Part shown: positions 30,078 to 39,578 of the stretch, piece by piece | Layout: each line of letters starts with the position of its first letter | How positions within the stretch are numbered: the stretch's first letter is position 1 | Assembly (NCBI RefSeq): GCF_000026545.1 | Contig: NC_011601.1 | From: Escherichia coli O127:H6 str. E2348/69 | GTDB taxonomy: Bacteria; Pseudomonadota; Gammaproteobacteria; Enterobacterales; Enterobacteriaceae | Length of the DNA: 64,000 bases | Reading direction: 5' to 3' (one strand) | Made by a program: the position numbers and the translations under genes | Notes under the pieces: generated by a model | Databases searched by the model: none | Seen by the model: the letters and a program-made list of their open reading frames with translations, nothing else | Told to the model about the DNA's origin: nothing

Positions 30078-30548
30078 ATGACAAAATCATGGAGCGTACC
30101 TTTTCCTGAATCAGAAACTGAACATGAGGGAATGCCTGTTTTCTGGAGATTCCAGGCGACAGTTGAAGAAGATGGAATCAAAATATTCGCACTTCAATAT
30201 ATAGCTTTTCATCAGACAGAGCATTATGCATGGTTGGTTCCTGCGCATTGGATTGTTAATTTTAAACCAGCACCAAATCAGTGGTTACAGGAATGGAAAC
30301 AAAAGAGAAATAGATATGCAATTAAGAAAGTAGCAAAAAATGCAGAAAGATCTTTTGCATTCCCAACGAAGAAACTTGCCATTGAAAGTTTATTGCGCCG
30401 AAAGAAATACCATTTAATGAGAATCAAACAAGATTTGGCTGTTGTATCAACTCTTGTTGATGGGATGAAGAATATTGATACATCAACACCAGATATTGAA
30501 TATAACTTTGGACACAACCAAGAAACAGAAAATTGGGTATTCTACTAG
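30078..30548 (+). CDS. Hypothetical 156-aa protein in the ral/sieB slot
   Basis: ORF track; AT-rich by eye; followed by hairpin terminator. Confidence 0.5.
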   Translation: MTKSWSVPFPESETEHEGMPVFWRFQATVEEDGIKIFALQYIAFHQTEHYAWLVPAHWIVNFKPAPNQWLQEWKQKRNRYAIKKVAKNAERSFAFPTKKLAIESLLRRKKYHLMRIKQDLAVVSTLVDGMKNIDTSTPDIEYNFGHNQETENWVFY

Positions 30549-30573
30549 GCCGCATAGTCGGCCTTTATTTTTG
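30548..30573 (+). terminator. Putative rho-independent terminator
   Basis: Hairpin aggccgcatagtcggcct plus T-run. Confidence 0.45.
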
Positions 30574-30594
30574 GCATAAACAACAGAGGCTAAC

Positions 30595-30891
30595 ATGGGA
30601 TTTAAAGGTACTGAAGGTAAGTGGGAAATAATGATGGATGGGGATGAGATTAAAATCATCCAGGCAGACTCTCTTGAAAATGGCACAGGCTGGCGTTCGT
30701 ATATTGCAATCTGTGAGGAAGTTCAATGTATTGAAGATGCCAATCTAATAGCGGCAGCACCTGACCTTCTCGAAGCACTTCAGTTATTACTTAATCAATC
30801 CAAAAATAGAACAACGACAACATATCCAGAATGGTATGGAGCTGTTAATAAAGGTCTTGCAGCAATCAGAAAAGCTCTTGGGGATAAGTAA
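30595..30891 (+). CDS. Hypothetical 98-aa protein
   Basis: ORF track; AT-rich by eye. Confidence 0.45.
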   Translation: MGFKGTEGKWEIMMDGDEIKIIQADSLENGTGWRSYIAICEEVQCIEDANLIAAAPDLLEALQLLLNQSKNRTTTTYPEWYGAVNKGLAAIRKALGDK

Positions 30892-31079
30892 TGAAAGTAA
30901 AAATAACTGCTTCTAACACCAGTTTTATTAGTGTTGGTGATATTACAGAAGTAATAACAAACCATGATGGAACCCAAGTTATGTGGTCTGATCTTTGTAA
31001 AAGATATGAGCGAGTTAGTTGGTGTAAACTCGTATGGGGCGTCGAATACGAAGAAATACCTGAAATGCATGACGAATAA
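30891..31079 (+). CDS. Hypothetical 62-aa protein (ATGA-coupled to upstream gene)
   Basis: ORF track. Confidence 0.4.
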   Translation: MKVKITASNTSFISVGDITEVITNHDGTQVMWSDLCKRYERVSWCKLVWGVEYEEIPEMHDE

Positions 31080-31213
31080 GCACTGTGTATTCATTCCAAC
31101 GAGTGAATACACGGAGCAATGTCGCTCGTAACTAAACAGGAGCCGACTTGTTCTGATTATTGGAAATCTTCTTTGCCCTCCAATGTGAGGGCGATTTTTT
31201 TAACGGAGGATAT

Positions 31214-32182
31214 ATGAGTGAAGTAACAGATTTAGTTGTTATTGAAAAAGCAAATGCAATGACTGTATTTCAGTCTGCCGACCAGATTGAAGAAATCCTT
31301 CAAAAGGTTGAACGTGAAGTTATGTCCTTTGTGCCTGATATCACAACGGCAAAGGGCAGAAAGGAGATCGCTTCTCTGGCGTATAAAGTTGCGCAGACGA
31401 AAACATATCTCGATGGCCTTGGCAAAGACCTTGTTGCTGAACTGAAGGAAATTCCAAAGCTAATTGATGCCAACCGCAAGACAGTGCGCGATCGCCTTGA
31501 TGAGCTGAAAGCCAAGGCGCGCCAGCCTCTTACTGATTATGAGGAAGAACAGGCGCGGATTAAAGCCGAAGAAGAAGCTAAGGCAGCAGCTGAAGCTCTC
31601 GCAAAGCAAATTGAGTCTGACCATGAAATAGCGATTTTGATGGATCGCGAATTTGACCGCCAAAGAGAAGAGGCAAGACTCAAAGCGGAGCAGGAAAAGC
31701 GAGAGCATGAAGAACGCTTAAAAAGAGAAGCTGAAGAGAAAGCCAGAGCAGAAGCCGAAGCAAAGGCAAAAGCCGAAATTGAAGCAGCAGCAAGGCGAGA
31801 AGCAGAAGCTAAGGCCGCAGCGGAACGTGCAGAGCGTGAACGCATTGAAGCCGAGCAACGAGCACAGCGCGAAGCAAAAGAGGCAGCAGAACGAGCTGAA
31901 AGAGAAAAGCAGGCGGCAATTGAAGCAGAACGCCGAAAAGCACAGGAGGAGGCTGAACGAATCCGGCGCGAGGCTGAAGCAAAAGAGCAAGCCAGAATAG
32001 CAGAAGAAAAAAGAATCAAGGACGAAGAAGAGCGTAGAGCAAAGGATAAAGCTCACCGGAAAGAAGTAAATAACAAAATACTTGCTGACCTTATCAAGGT
32101 TGGTGCATCAGAAGATGTTGCTAAAAATATCATAACAGCCATCGCAAAAGGCGAAGTATTCGCAACAAAAATAACCTACTAA
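31214..32182 (+). CDS. Coiled-coil protein with long low-complexity E/K/R/A-rich region
   Basis: ORF track 31160..32182 trimmed to ATG 31214 (GGAGGA RBS). Confidence 0.5.
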   Translation: MSEVTDLVVIEKANAMTVFQSADQIEEILQKVEREVMSFVPDITTAKGRKEIASLAYKVAQTKTYLDGLGKDLVAELKEIPKLIDANRKTVRDRLDELKAKARQPLTDYEEEQARIKAEEEAKAAAEALAKQIESDHEIAILMDREFDRQREEARLKAEQEKREHEERLKREAEEKARAEAEAKAKAEIEAAARREAEAKAAAERAERERIEAEQRAQREAKEAAERAEREKQAAIEAERRKAQEEAERIRREAEAKEQARIAEEKRIKDEEERRAKDKAHRKEVNNKILADLIKVGASEDVAKNIITAIAKGEVFATKITY

Positions 32183-32205
32183 TAAACCAACATAAGGAAC
32201 CACCC

Positions 32206-32337
32206 ATGATTTACGCAATCGCGGGAGGCGCTCGCATGGGTGCCTTCCAACTAAATGAATCTTTACTTGAACGAATCACCCGTAAATTACGTGACGGATG
32301 GAAAAGAGTTGAGGTCTTATTATGCGCAATGAAATAG
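32206..32337 (+). CDS. cIII: cIII-like protein
   Basis: Hand translation MIYAIAGGARMGAFQLNESLLERITRKLRDGWKR... shares ESLLERITRKLRDGWKR with lambda CIII. Confidence 0.6.
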   Translation: MIYAIAGGARMGAFQLNESLLERITRKLRDGWKRVEVLLCAMK

Positions 32338-32474
32338 CCATCAATCACCAGATGCTTCGTGCTGCACAGAACAAAGCAGTAATAGCCAGATTTATTGGTG
32401 ATTCAAAAATGTGGCTTGAAGCAAATAAAGCGATGAAATCAGCTATCAACCTTCCGTGGTATCGCAGGAAATGA
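32322..32474 (+). CDS. kil: Kil-like small protein
   Basis: Hand translation MRNEIAINHQMLRAAQNKAVIARFIGDSKMWLEANKAMKSAINLPWYRRK resembles lambda Kil (FIGDEKMF region). Confidence 0.45.
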   Translation: MRNEIAINHQMLRAAQNKAVIARFIGDSKMWLEANKAMKSAINLPWYRRK

Positions 32475-32728
32475 GTTTTACAGATAACTGGTCAGACGAA
32501 GAATTCATTCGTCAGATGAAAGAATTAATCGGTAACGAAGGAGATATTCATGTCACTTGCAACCACAGTGAAGGAGAGCAAGTTACAGAGACGCATGTAC
32601 ACGCAGAAAGCTCTCTGGTATCGCCATAATGGTGACCGCGAAGGAATGCGGGTATGCCTTAATTTGTCCCGAGTCGAAGTATTAAATCAGCGTTATTTCC
32701 TTGGGCCGTGTCCATTCTGAGGTGAATT

Positions 32729-33436
32729 ATGGATTTGAACAAATTCGATGAGCCATTCAGCCCTGAAGATATAGAATGGAGAATACAGCAAAGCGGTAAA
32801 ACACGCGATGGCAAGGTGTGGGCTATGGTGCTGGCTTATGTCACGAACAGGGCAATCATGAAACGCCTTGACGATGTTTGCGGCAAAGCAGGATGGCGCA
32901 ATGAATACCGAGATATTCCCAACAACGGAGGCGTTGAATGCGGCATATCAATCAGGATTGATTCCGAATGGGTAACCAAATGGGATGCTGCTGAAAACAC
33001 GCAGGTAGAAGCCGTAAAAGGTGGTCGTTCCGGTGCAATGAAGCGCGCTGCCGTTCAGTGGGGAATCGGTCGGTATCTGTATAACCTTGAGGAAGGTTTC
33101 GCACAAACATCTCTCGATAAAAAGCAGGGATGGCACAGGGCAAAACTCAAGGATGGAACAGGATTTTACTGGCTCCCTCCATCGCTGCCGGGATGGGCAA
33201 TCCCAGCATCAGATAACAAACCATCACCAGAAAATACCAACCAGACATCTCCATCGGTTGACTGCGAACAAATCCTGAAAGACTTCAGCGATTATGCATC
33301 AACAGAAACTGACAAGAAAAAACTCATCGAGCGTTATCAGCGTGACTGGCAATTAATGGCTGGCAACGAGGAGGCACAGGCTAAATGCGTTCAGGTAATG
33401 AACATCAGAGTTAACGAACTAAAACAGGCGGCATAA
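32729..33436 (+). CDS. Single-strand annealing protein, Rad52/Sak-like
   Basis: Rad52-type core recognised; occupies bet/erf position. Confidence 0.65.
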   Translation: MDLNKFDEPFSPEDIEWRIQQSGKTRDGKVWAMVLAYVTNRAIMKRLDDVCGKAGWRNEYRDIPNNGGVECGISIRIDSEWVTKWDAAENTQVEAVKGGRSGAMKRAAVQWGIGRYLYNLEEGFAQTSLDKKQGWHRAKLKDGTGFYWLPPSLPGWAIPASDNKPSPENTNQTSPSVDCEQILKDFSDYASTETDKKKLIERYQRDWQLMAGNEEAQAKCVQVMNIRVNELKQAA

Positions 33437-33904
33437 ATGTCTCACTTGGACGGAATTATTAAAAGATTCGAGTCCAGCTACAAAGTTAATGAAACAACAG
33501 GTTGCTGGGAGTCTACCTATTCAAAAAACAAAGGAGGATACACAAAATTTGTAGCCTTTGGCGTAACAATGCTTTCTCATCGGGTTGCTTTTGAGCTTTA
33601 TCACTCCCCCATTCCATCTGGGAAGATGGTTTGCCACAAATGCGATAACCAATGCTGCGTTAATCCTGAACATCTCTTTTTAGGTAGCGCGCAAGAAAAC
33701 ATGGACGACAAGATAGCAAAAGGAAGGCATCGTGGAGCCAAGAAAGGTCATGCTCATCATGGTGCAAAATTAACAGAGTGGCAGGTTATAGAAATTAGGA
33801 AAAGACTCTCTGAAAAAGAGAGTCAGTACAAGATAGCAAAAGACATGGGTGTATCTCAATCAATTATAAGCAACATAAAAACTGGCAAGAGGTGGAGCAA
33901 ATGA
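33437..33904 (+). CDS. HNH homing endonuclease (free-standing, between annealase and ssb)
   Basis: HNH motif [26 protein letters not shown]. Confidence 0.75.
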   Translation: MSHLDGIIKRFESSYKVNETTGCWESTYSKNKGGYTKFVAFGVTMLSHRVAFELYHSPIPSGKMVCHKCDNQCCVNPEHLFLGSAQENMDDKIAKGRHRGAKKGHAHHGAKLTEWQVIEIRKRLSEKESQYKIAKDMGVSQSIISNIKTGKRWSK

Positions 33905-34407
33905 GTTCTCGCGGGATAAATAAGGTGATTATCCTTGGTCGGGTAGGACAAGACCCGGAAGTTCGATACTCACCATCAGGAACAGCGTTCGCTAACCTGA
34001 CAATAGCCACGTCAGAACAATGGCGAGATAAAAATACTGGCGAGCAAAAGGAATTGACTGAATGGCATCGTGTTGCTGTATCCGGGAAACTGGCTGAGGT
34101 CGTGGGGCAGTATGTGAAAAAAGGTGATCAGATTTATTTCGAGGGAATGCTGAGAACCAGAAAGTGGAAAGACCAGTCAGGGCAAGACCGTTACACAACC
34201 GAGGTTCATGTCGGAATTAATGGCGTGATGCAAATGCTTGGCGGCATTGGCGACAGCAAACAACAAGCAGCCAGCAGGCAATCACAGAAGCCACAGCAGC
34301 AATCATCACCAGCACAACACAACGAACCTCCGATGGATTTTGACGACGATATACCCTTTGCACCAGTAACTCTCCCCTTCCCTCGTCACGCTATTCACGC
34401 AATTTAA
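33892..34407 (+). CDS. ssb: Single-stranded DNA-binding protein
   Basis: OB-fold SSB N-terminus, Gln/Pro-rich linker and acidic DDDIPF tail. Confidence 0.85.
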   Translation: MEQMSSRGINKVIILGRVGQDPEVRYSPSGTAFANLTIATSEQWRDKNTGEQKELTEWHRVAVSGKLAEVVGQYVKKGDQIYFEGMLRTRKWKDQSGQDRYTTEVHVGINGVMQMLGGIGDSKQQAASRQSQKPQQQSSPAQHNEPPMDFDDDIPFAPVTLPFPRHAIHAI

Positions 34408-34420
34408 TCAGGAGAAAATC

Positions 34421-34714
34421 ATGCCAGCGCCTCTGTATGGTGCGGATGACCCGCGCCGCTGTTCCGGCAATTCCGTATCGGAGGTGCTGGATAAATTCAG
34501 AAAAAACTACGATCGAATAATGTCTCTACCGCAGGAAACGAAAGAGGAAAAGGAATTTCGCCACTGTATATGGCTTGCAGAGAAAGAAGAACGCGAGCGA
34601 ATTTACCAGACATCAATCCGACCATTCCGCAAAGCCACATATACCCACTTCCCTGAAATTGACCCGCGCCTGCGTAATTACCGCTCACGTTATGGCGCTA
34701 TCAGTAATGACTGA
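34421..34714 (+). CDS. Hypothetical protein
   Basis: ORF track. Confidence 0.4.
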   Translation: MPAPLYGADDPRRCSGNSVSEVLDKFRKNYDRIMSLPQETKEEKEFRHCIWLAEKEERERIYQTSIRPFRKATYTHFPEIDPRLRNYRSRYGAISND

Positions 34715-34724
34715 GGAATTTACC

Positions 34725-34892
34725 ATGAGAGGACTTGCATACAATCCCGGCATTCTTCCGGCAGAAATGATTATTCGCCAACGCGTAAAGCCAATGCCAT
34801 CGAGAGAGGAATTGCTTAAGAGAAATTCTTCTCCGTCAGTGAATCAAAACAAATATCTGAATGCGATGTGGCGCAAAGGAGGCAACCAGTGA
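34725..34892 (+). CDS. Small hypothetical protein
   Basis: ORF track 34575..34892 trimmed to ATG 34725 with GAGGA RBS. Confidence 0.3.
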   Translation: MRGLAYNPGILPAEMIIRQRVKPMPSREELLKRNSSPSVNQNKYLNAMWRKGGNQ

Positions 34893-35158
34893 GTGAGTCA
34901 AAATGCCAAATTAATGGCAACAAGATAGAACCGTGCGCGGCGTTGGCAAAATCTCTCGAATATGGAAATCCAACATTCAAGAGTAAAGGCATATTTATCC
35001 CGGAGCGTGTGAACATAAACACCGGCGAGTCATGCATAGATATTGCTCAAATTCACTCGGGGAAATATATCGGTCGTGGCGTTGCAATGTGCTTTTGCCC
35101 GTTCTGTGGTGAAAGTTTGAAAACGTGGGAAGCGGAGGCAGCCAGTGAGCAAAATTGA
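34868..35158 (+). CDS. Hypothetical Cys-rich protein
   Basis: ORF track; CxxC pair near C-terminus. Confidence 0.35.
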   Translation: MAQRRQPVSESKCQINGNKIEPCAALAKSLEYGNPTFKSKGIFIPERVNINTGESCIDIAQIHSGKYIGRGVAMCFCPFCGESLKTWEAEAASEQN

Positions 35159-35783
35159 CCATCAGGCACTGCGTGAGGCGGCAGAGCAGGCAATGCATGA
35201 CGACTGGGGATTTGACGCGGACCTTTTCCATGAGCTGGTAACACCATCGATTGTGCTGGAACTGCTGGATGAACAGGAAAGAAACCAGCAATACATCAAA
35301 CGCCGCGACCAGGAGAACGAGGAGATTGCGCTTACGGTTGGGAAGCTGCGTGTTGAGCTTGAAGCAGCAGAGAACAACCTTATTGATAGTGAATGCCATG
35401 TTGCTGAACTGGAAGAAGCTCTACGCGATAAGCAGGCGTTACTTGAAGCCTCAGAAAAGCGCAACGCAAAATTACAAAGCGAGAATGCATACATCCGCAA
35501 CCGGTACAAAGAACTGGACCTATTAATCGGGAAAAACATTCTGGTCATGCAGGCTGCCATTATCGAATGGCAGGCAACTGGCGACGCTAAGAGCGGACTA
35601 GCATGGATTTATAACACACTGTTTGGCCCTGGCGAATTACCGGACGAATCTGAGAAAGATGCTCAGGCCTACTTTAATCGCAAATATGCACCGATTGACG
35701 AAAAGCTTATGGCGCTTCACAAGTGGTTTTGGGAACAAAGTGAAGCCGAGCGCGCCGCTGGCATTCGCATCAAAGGAGAGTGA
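35145..35783 (+). CDS. Ea22-like early protein (coiled coil)
   Basis: Resembles lambdoid Ea22-family proteins as recalled. Confidence 0.5.
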   Translation: MSKIDHQALREAAEQAMHDDWGFDADLFHELVTPSIVLELLDEQERNQQYIKRRDQENEEIALTVGKLRVELEAAENNLIDSECHVAELEEALRDKQALLEASEKRNAKLQSENAYIRNRYKELDLLIGKNILVMQAAIIEWQATGDAKSGLAWIYNTLFGPGELPDESEKDAQAYFNRKYAPIDEKLMALHKWFWEQSEAERAAGIRIKGE

Positions 35784-35784
35784 G

Positions 35785-35976
35785 ATGAACGGACAAATCT
35801 CAATTGTTCGACCGGGAGCATGTGACGATTGCGAGATACGAATGATTATTCGTCTGGCGAGGGGGAAAACAATAACTGCTCTCATTACTCCAGAAAATCT
35901 CGCATTAGCATTAACCGGAAAGTCAGACCTGCCAGTAGAGCTAAAGCTGCGAAATGTTGAGATTAAGGTGAAATAG
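35785..35976 (+). CDS. Small hypothetical protein
   Basis: ORF track 35623..35976 trimmed to ATG 35785. Confidence 0.35.
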   Translation: MNGQISIVRPGACDDCEIRMIIRLARGKTITALITPENLALALTGKSDLPVELKLRNVEIKVK

Positions 35977-35978
35977 CT

Positions 35979-36374
35979 ATGACCACTATTACCAAAGAGC
36001 GACTGCTGACAATCAAGCAGTGGCGCGAAACATACGGACCGGGTAGCAACGTTGTACTGCCAGCAGAAGAAGCGGAAGAACTGGCACGAATTGCTCTGGC
36101 ATCGCTGGAAGTCGAGCCGATAGGTTTCCGTTGCAGGCGCAATGATAACCTTGGTGATTGGAGTTACGTATATCATCGAGAGCCAGATGATTTTGAGCGC
36201 AAACATTTAGTGATAGAGGGCATTTACGCCGCCCCTCCAGCGCAAGTAGTACCGAAAGAAAAACCAATGCCTAATCCTCTTAGCATGTACGCGGTTGATG
36301 CTGTTGCCGCTATTGCAGAGGTGAGAGGCTGGAACGCCTGCCGTGCCGCTATGCTTCAGGGGAAAGGAGACTGA
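35979..36374 (+). CDS. Hypothetical protein; N-terminus paralogous to 36584..37216
   Basis: Shared MTTITxE...ELARIALASLE segment with downstream DUF551-type protein. Confidence 0.45.
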   Translation: MTTITKERLLTIKQWRETYGPGSNVVLPAEEAEELARIALASLEVEPIGFRCRRNDNLGDWSYVYHREPDDFERKHLVIEGIYAAPPAQVVPKEKPMPNPLSMYAVDAVAAIAEVRGWNACRAAMLQGKGD

Positions 36375-36375
36375 T

Positions 36376-36573
36376 ATGGATAAAAACACCACTGCTTACT
36401 GGAATCTGTCACTTGATACCGAATGCCCAAAATGCGGTCACAATTTCGATCTGCTTTGTGACGCTGATTTCTGGGAGTTTTCTGGAGCTAAACAGGCATG
36501 TGAAGAAATAAAAGGTTACGAAACATGCTGTCCAGAATGTAACCATGAATTTAAAACAGATTTCGTGTATTGA
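36376..36573 (+). CDS. Small zinc-ribbon protein (two CxxC pairs)
   Basis: ORF track 36343..36573 trimmed to ATG 36376; CPKCGH...CCPECNH. Confidence 0.4.
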   Translation: MDKNTTAYWNLSLDTECPKCGHNFDLLCDADFWEFSGAKQACEEIKGYETCCPECNHEFKTDFVY

Positions 36574-36583
36574 GGCATAACAA

Positions 36584-37216
36584 ATGACCACTATTACCAG
36601 AGAACAGGCACAGAAAATTATTGAAGCAGCCGATGAGGTTATTAGTGCGCTTGCCGGAACTAACGAGGATGTTCACCCTGGTAGCGATAACATGCTACGC
36701 CTGTGGGATGACCTGAATGACCGTTACGCGCCCCCTGAAGTTGTGCGTGAGCTGGCACGAATTGCACTGGCATCACTGGAAGCAGAGCCTGTAAGCCAAA
36801 CTTACAACTTGCCAGAATTAATCGAAGGGATGGAAGTTTCCATTGATGTAAGCACTTGTGATGCTGATTTAGGTAATCGCTATTTCGGTACCGTCACCGA
36901 GGCGTTAGAACTTGATACAGCCAAGAATGGTTACATCCTCCTAGTTCAGGACGCAGAGCCAAACTTCGATGTAAATGGCAACTCTCCGGTAATTCCGGGC
37001 GGTTGGATAAGCTGTAGTGAGCGAATGCCGGATAGCAAAACAGCCGTTCTTGTTGCCAGGGAGTTTGACAGGAAAGGTGACTGGCGAATGAAATGGGCGA
37101 CTTACATCCCGGGGCATCCTGACGCTAATGATGGGTGGGTAATACCTGGTGCGTCGTGGATACCATCACACTGGATGCCGCTACCAGAACCGCCGCAGGA
37201 GGTTAACCATGGCTAA
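36584..37216 (+). CDS. DUF551-type protein
   Basis: C-terminal W-rich DUF551-like region (WISCSERMPDS...WMPLPEPP). Confidence 0.5.
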   Translation: MTTITREQAQKIIEAADEVISALAGTNEDVHPGSDNMLRLWDDLNDRYAPPEVVRELARIALASLEAEPVSQTYNLPELIEGMEVSIDVSTCDADLGNRYFGTVTEALELDTAKNGYILLVQDAEPNFDVNGNSPVIPGGWISCSERMPDSKTAVLVAREFDRKGDWRMKWATYIPGHPDANDGWVIPGASWIPSHWMPLPEPPQEVNHG

Positions 37217-37316
37217 CCTGCAACTTGCCGTCAAAGGTGAATAACAATCCTCGCACTCGCGGGGATTTCTTTTATCTGAACTCGCTACGGCGAGTTTTGT
37301 TTTATGGAGATGATAA

Positions 37317-37484
37317 ATGCACTTCCGAGTCACAGGTGAATGGAATGGAGAACCATTCAACAGAGTTATCGAAGCGGAGAACATCAACGACTGCTATGAC
37401 CACTGGATGCTGTGGGCGCAGATAGCACATGCAGACGTAACCAATATTCGAATTGAAGAACTGAAAGAACACCAAGCCGCCTGA
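37317..37484 (+). CDS. Small hypothetical protein (55 aa)
   Basis: Hand translation MHFRVTGEWNGEPF...; followed by hairpin plus T-run terminator. Confidence 0.4.
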   Translation: MHFRVTGEWNGEPFNRVIEAENINDCYDHWMLWAQIAHADVTNIRIEELKEHQAA

Positions 37485-37498
37485 TGGCGGTTTTTTAT
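37476..37498 (+). terminator. Putative rho-independent terminator
   Basis: Hairpin ccgcc-tgat-ggcgg followed by TTTTTTATT. Confidence 0.5.
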
Positions 37499-37541
37499 TA
37501 CCTGATTTGCAGGTTCGATTCCCTATTCGGAGATAGCACTC

Positions 37542-37742
37542 ATGCAACACGAATTACAGCCTGATTCACTGGTTGATTTGAAATTCATCATGGCCGATAC
37601 TGGCTTCGGTAAAACCTTCATCTATGACCGGATTAAGTCCGGCGACCTGCCAAAAGCCAAAGTTATCCACGGGCGAGCAAGATGGTTATATCGTGACCAT
37701 TGTGAATTCAAAAATAAGCTCTTAAGCCGCGCCAATGGGTAA
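37542..37742 (+). CDS. torI: Excisionase / recombination directionality factor TorI
   Basis: 66-aa translation matches the KplE1 TorI sequence as recalled; located at prophage right end next to attR. Confidence 0.75.
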   Translation: MQHELQPDSLVDLKFIMADTGFGKTFIYDRIKSGDLPKAKVIHGRARWLYRDHCEFKNKLLSRANG

Positions 37743-37816
37743 AATAGCGGGTAAAATATTTCTCACATCTAAAAAACTCCATTCCAATCAATCCCCTGCC
37801 GCTTCAAGTAGATGTC

Positions 37817-37830
37817 TGCAGGGGACACCA
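37817..37830. other. attR core: duplicated 3' end of tRNA-Arg argW
   Basis: ctgcaggggacacca matches the 3' acceptor end of argW as recalled; phage-type genes stop here. Confidence 0.5.
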
Positions 37831-38269
37831 GATACCCTTCAAACGATATCTACCTTCACCCCGTAAAAGATAAGTTTGGCAGCACATTTGCCCTATCTAC
37901 TCATTTTTCCTGCAACAGGTTGAAATCTCAACACGGTCAGAAAACGCTGATGACTAAACAGCCCTGGGCCGGGCGATGTAACCATCACACACAATCCTGA
38001 TCGCGAAATATGGCGTGACTTGATACTTCACTCCACAATGCTTTCCTTGATGAATTCGCAGGCCCGTGATACACGGGACAGGTCGCTGAATTACGACAAT
38101 GCCCTGGAAATCAGCGAGCCGTGTATCCAGAGTACATTTGAGCGACTGTACCAGAACATGAATGAGGCGTTTGGATTAGGCGATTATTAGCAGGGCTAAG
38201 CATTTTGGTATTATTATTTTCCGGTTGAGGGATATAGAGCTATCGACAACAACCGGAAAAAGTTTACGT

Positions 38270-39517
38270 TTATATTGCTGAAGGTACTGGCGTTTCCATC
38301 ACTATTTGCTCACGTTTTTTACTCAGGAAGAAAATGCCAAATAGCAACATCAGGCAGACAATACCCGAAATTGCGAAAAAAACCGTCTGGTAGCCTGCGT
38401 GGTCAAAGAGTATCCCAGTCGGCGTTGAAAGCAGCACAATCCCCAACGAACTGGCAATTTGAAAACCAATCAGAAAGATCGTCGACGACAGGCGCTTATC
38501 AAAATTTGCCACGCTGTATTTGAAGACGGATATGACACAAAGTGGAACCTCAATGGCATGTAACAGCTTCACTAATGAAATAATCCAGGGGTTAACGAAT
38601 AGCGCGCAGGAAAGGATACGCAACGCCATAATCACAACACCGATAAGTAATGCATTTTTTGGCCCTACCCGATTCACAAAGAAAGGAATAATCGCCATGC
38701 ACAGCGCTTCGAGTACCACCTGGAATGAGTTGAGATAACCATACAGGCGCGTTCCTACATCGTGTGATTCGAATAAACCTGCATAAAAGACAGGAAAGAG
38801 TTGTTGATCAAAAATGTTATAGAAAGACCACGTCCCCACAATAAATATGACGAAAACCCAGAAGTTTCGATCCTTGAAAACTGCGATAAAATCCTCTTTT
38901 TTTACCCCTCCCGCATCCGCCGCTATGCACTGGTGATCCTTATCTTTAAAACGCATGTTGATCATCATAAATACAGCGCCAAATAGCGAGACCAACCAGA
39001 AGTTGATATGGGGACTGATACTAAAAAATATACCGGCAAAGAACGCGCCAATAGCATAGCCAAAAGATCCCCAGGCGCGCGCTGTTCCATATTCGAAATG
39101 AAAATTTCGCGCCATTTTTTCGGTGAAGCTGTCAAGCAAACCGCATCCCGCCAGATACCCCAGGCCAAAAAAGAGCGCCCCCAGAATTAGACCTGCAGAA
39201 AAATTGCTTTGCAGTAACGGTTCATAAACGTAAATCATAAACGGTCCGGTCAAGACCAGAATGAAACTCATACACCAGATGAGCGGTTTCTTCAGACCGA
39301 GTTTATCCTGAACGATGCCGTAGAACATCATAAATAGAATGCTGGTAAACTGGTTGACCGAATAAAGTGTACCTAATTCCGTCCCTGTTAATCCTAGATG
39401 TCCTTTCAGCCAAATAGCGTATAATGACCACCACAGCGACCAGGAAATAAAAAAGAGAAATGAGTAACTGGATGCAAAACGATAGTACGCATTTCTGAAT
39501 GGAATATTCAGTGCCAT
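38270..39517 (-). CDS. cscB: Sucrose:H+ symporter CscB
   Basis: 12-TM MFS permease translation recognised as CscB. Confidence 0.9.
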   Translation of the reverse strand: MALNIPFRNAYYRFASSYSFLFFISWSLWWSLYAIWLKGHLGLTGTELGTLYSVNQFTSILFMMFYGIVQDKLGLKKPLIWCMSFILVLTGPFMIYVYEPLLQSNFSAGLILGALFFGLGYLAGCGLLDSFTEKMARNFHFEYGTARAWGSFGYAIGAFFAGIFFSISPHINFWLVSLFGAVFMMINMRFKDKDHQCIAADAGGVKKEDFIAVFKDRNFWVFVIFIVGTWSFYNIFDQQLFPVFYAGLFESHDVGTRLYGYLNSFQVVLEALCMAIIPFFVNRVGPKNALLIGVVIMALRILSCALFVNPWIISLVKLLHAIEVPLCVISVFKYSVANFDKRLSSTIFLIGFQIASSLGIVLLSTPTGILFDHAGYQTVFFAISGIVCLMLLFGIFFLSKKREQIVMETPVPSAI

Positions 39518-39578
39518 AATTACCTGCCTGTCGTTAAAAAATTCATGTCCTATTTAGAGATAAGAGCGGCCTCGCCGT

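Noticed and set aside
31300-32056. Several antisense and alternate-frame ORFs within the coiled-coil gene (31300..31515, 31460..31708, 31537..32019, 31718..32056, 31779..32000)
   Set aside because: Products are low-complexity Ser/Ala/Cys/Phe-rich artefacts of the repetitive GAA/GCA-rich coding DNA on the other strand.
37836-38269. Short plus-strand ORF (hand translation MLSLMNSQARDTRDRSLNYDNALEISEPC..., ~51 aa) between attR and cscB
   Set aside because: Below the length cutoff, no RBS or recognisable product; more likely non-coding island-junction DNA or a gene remnant I cannot identify.
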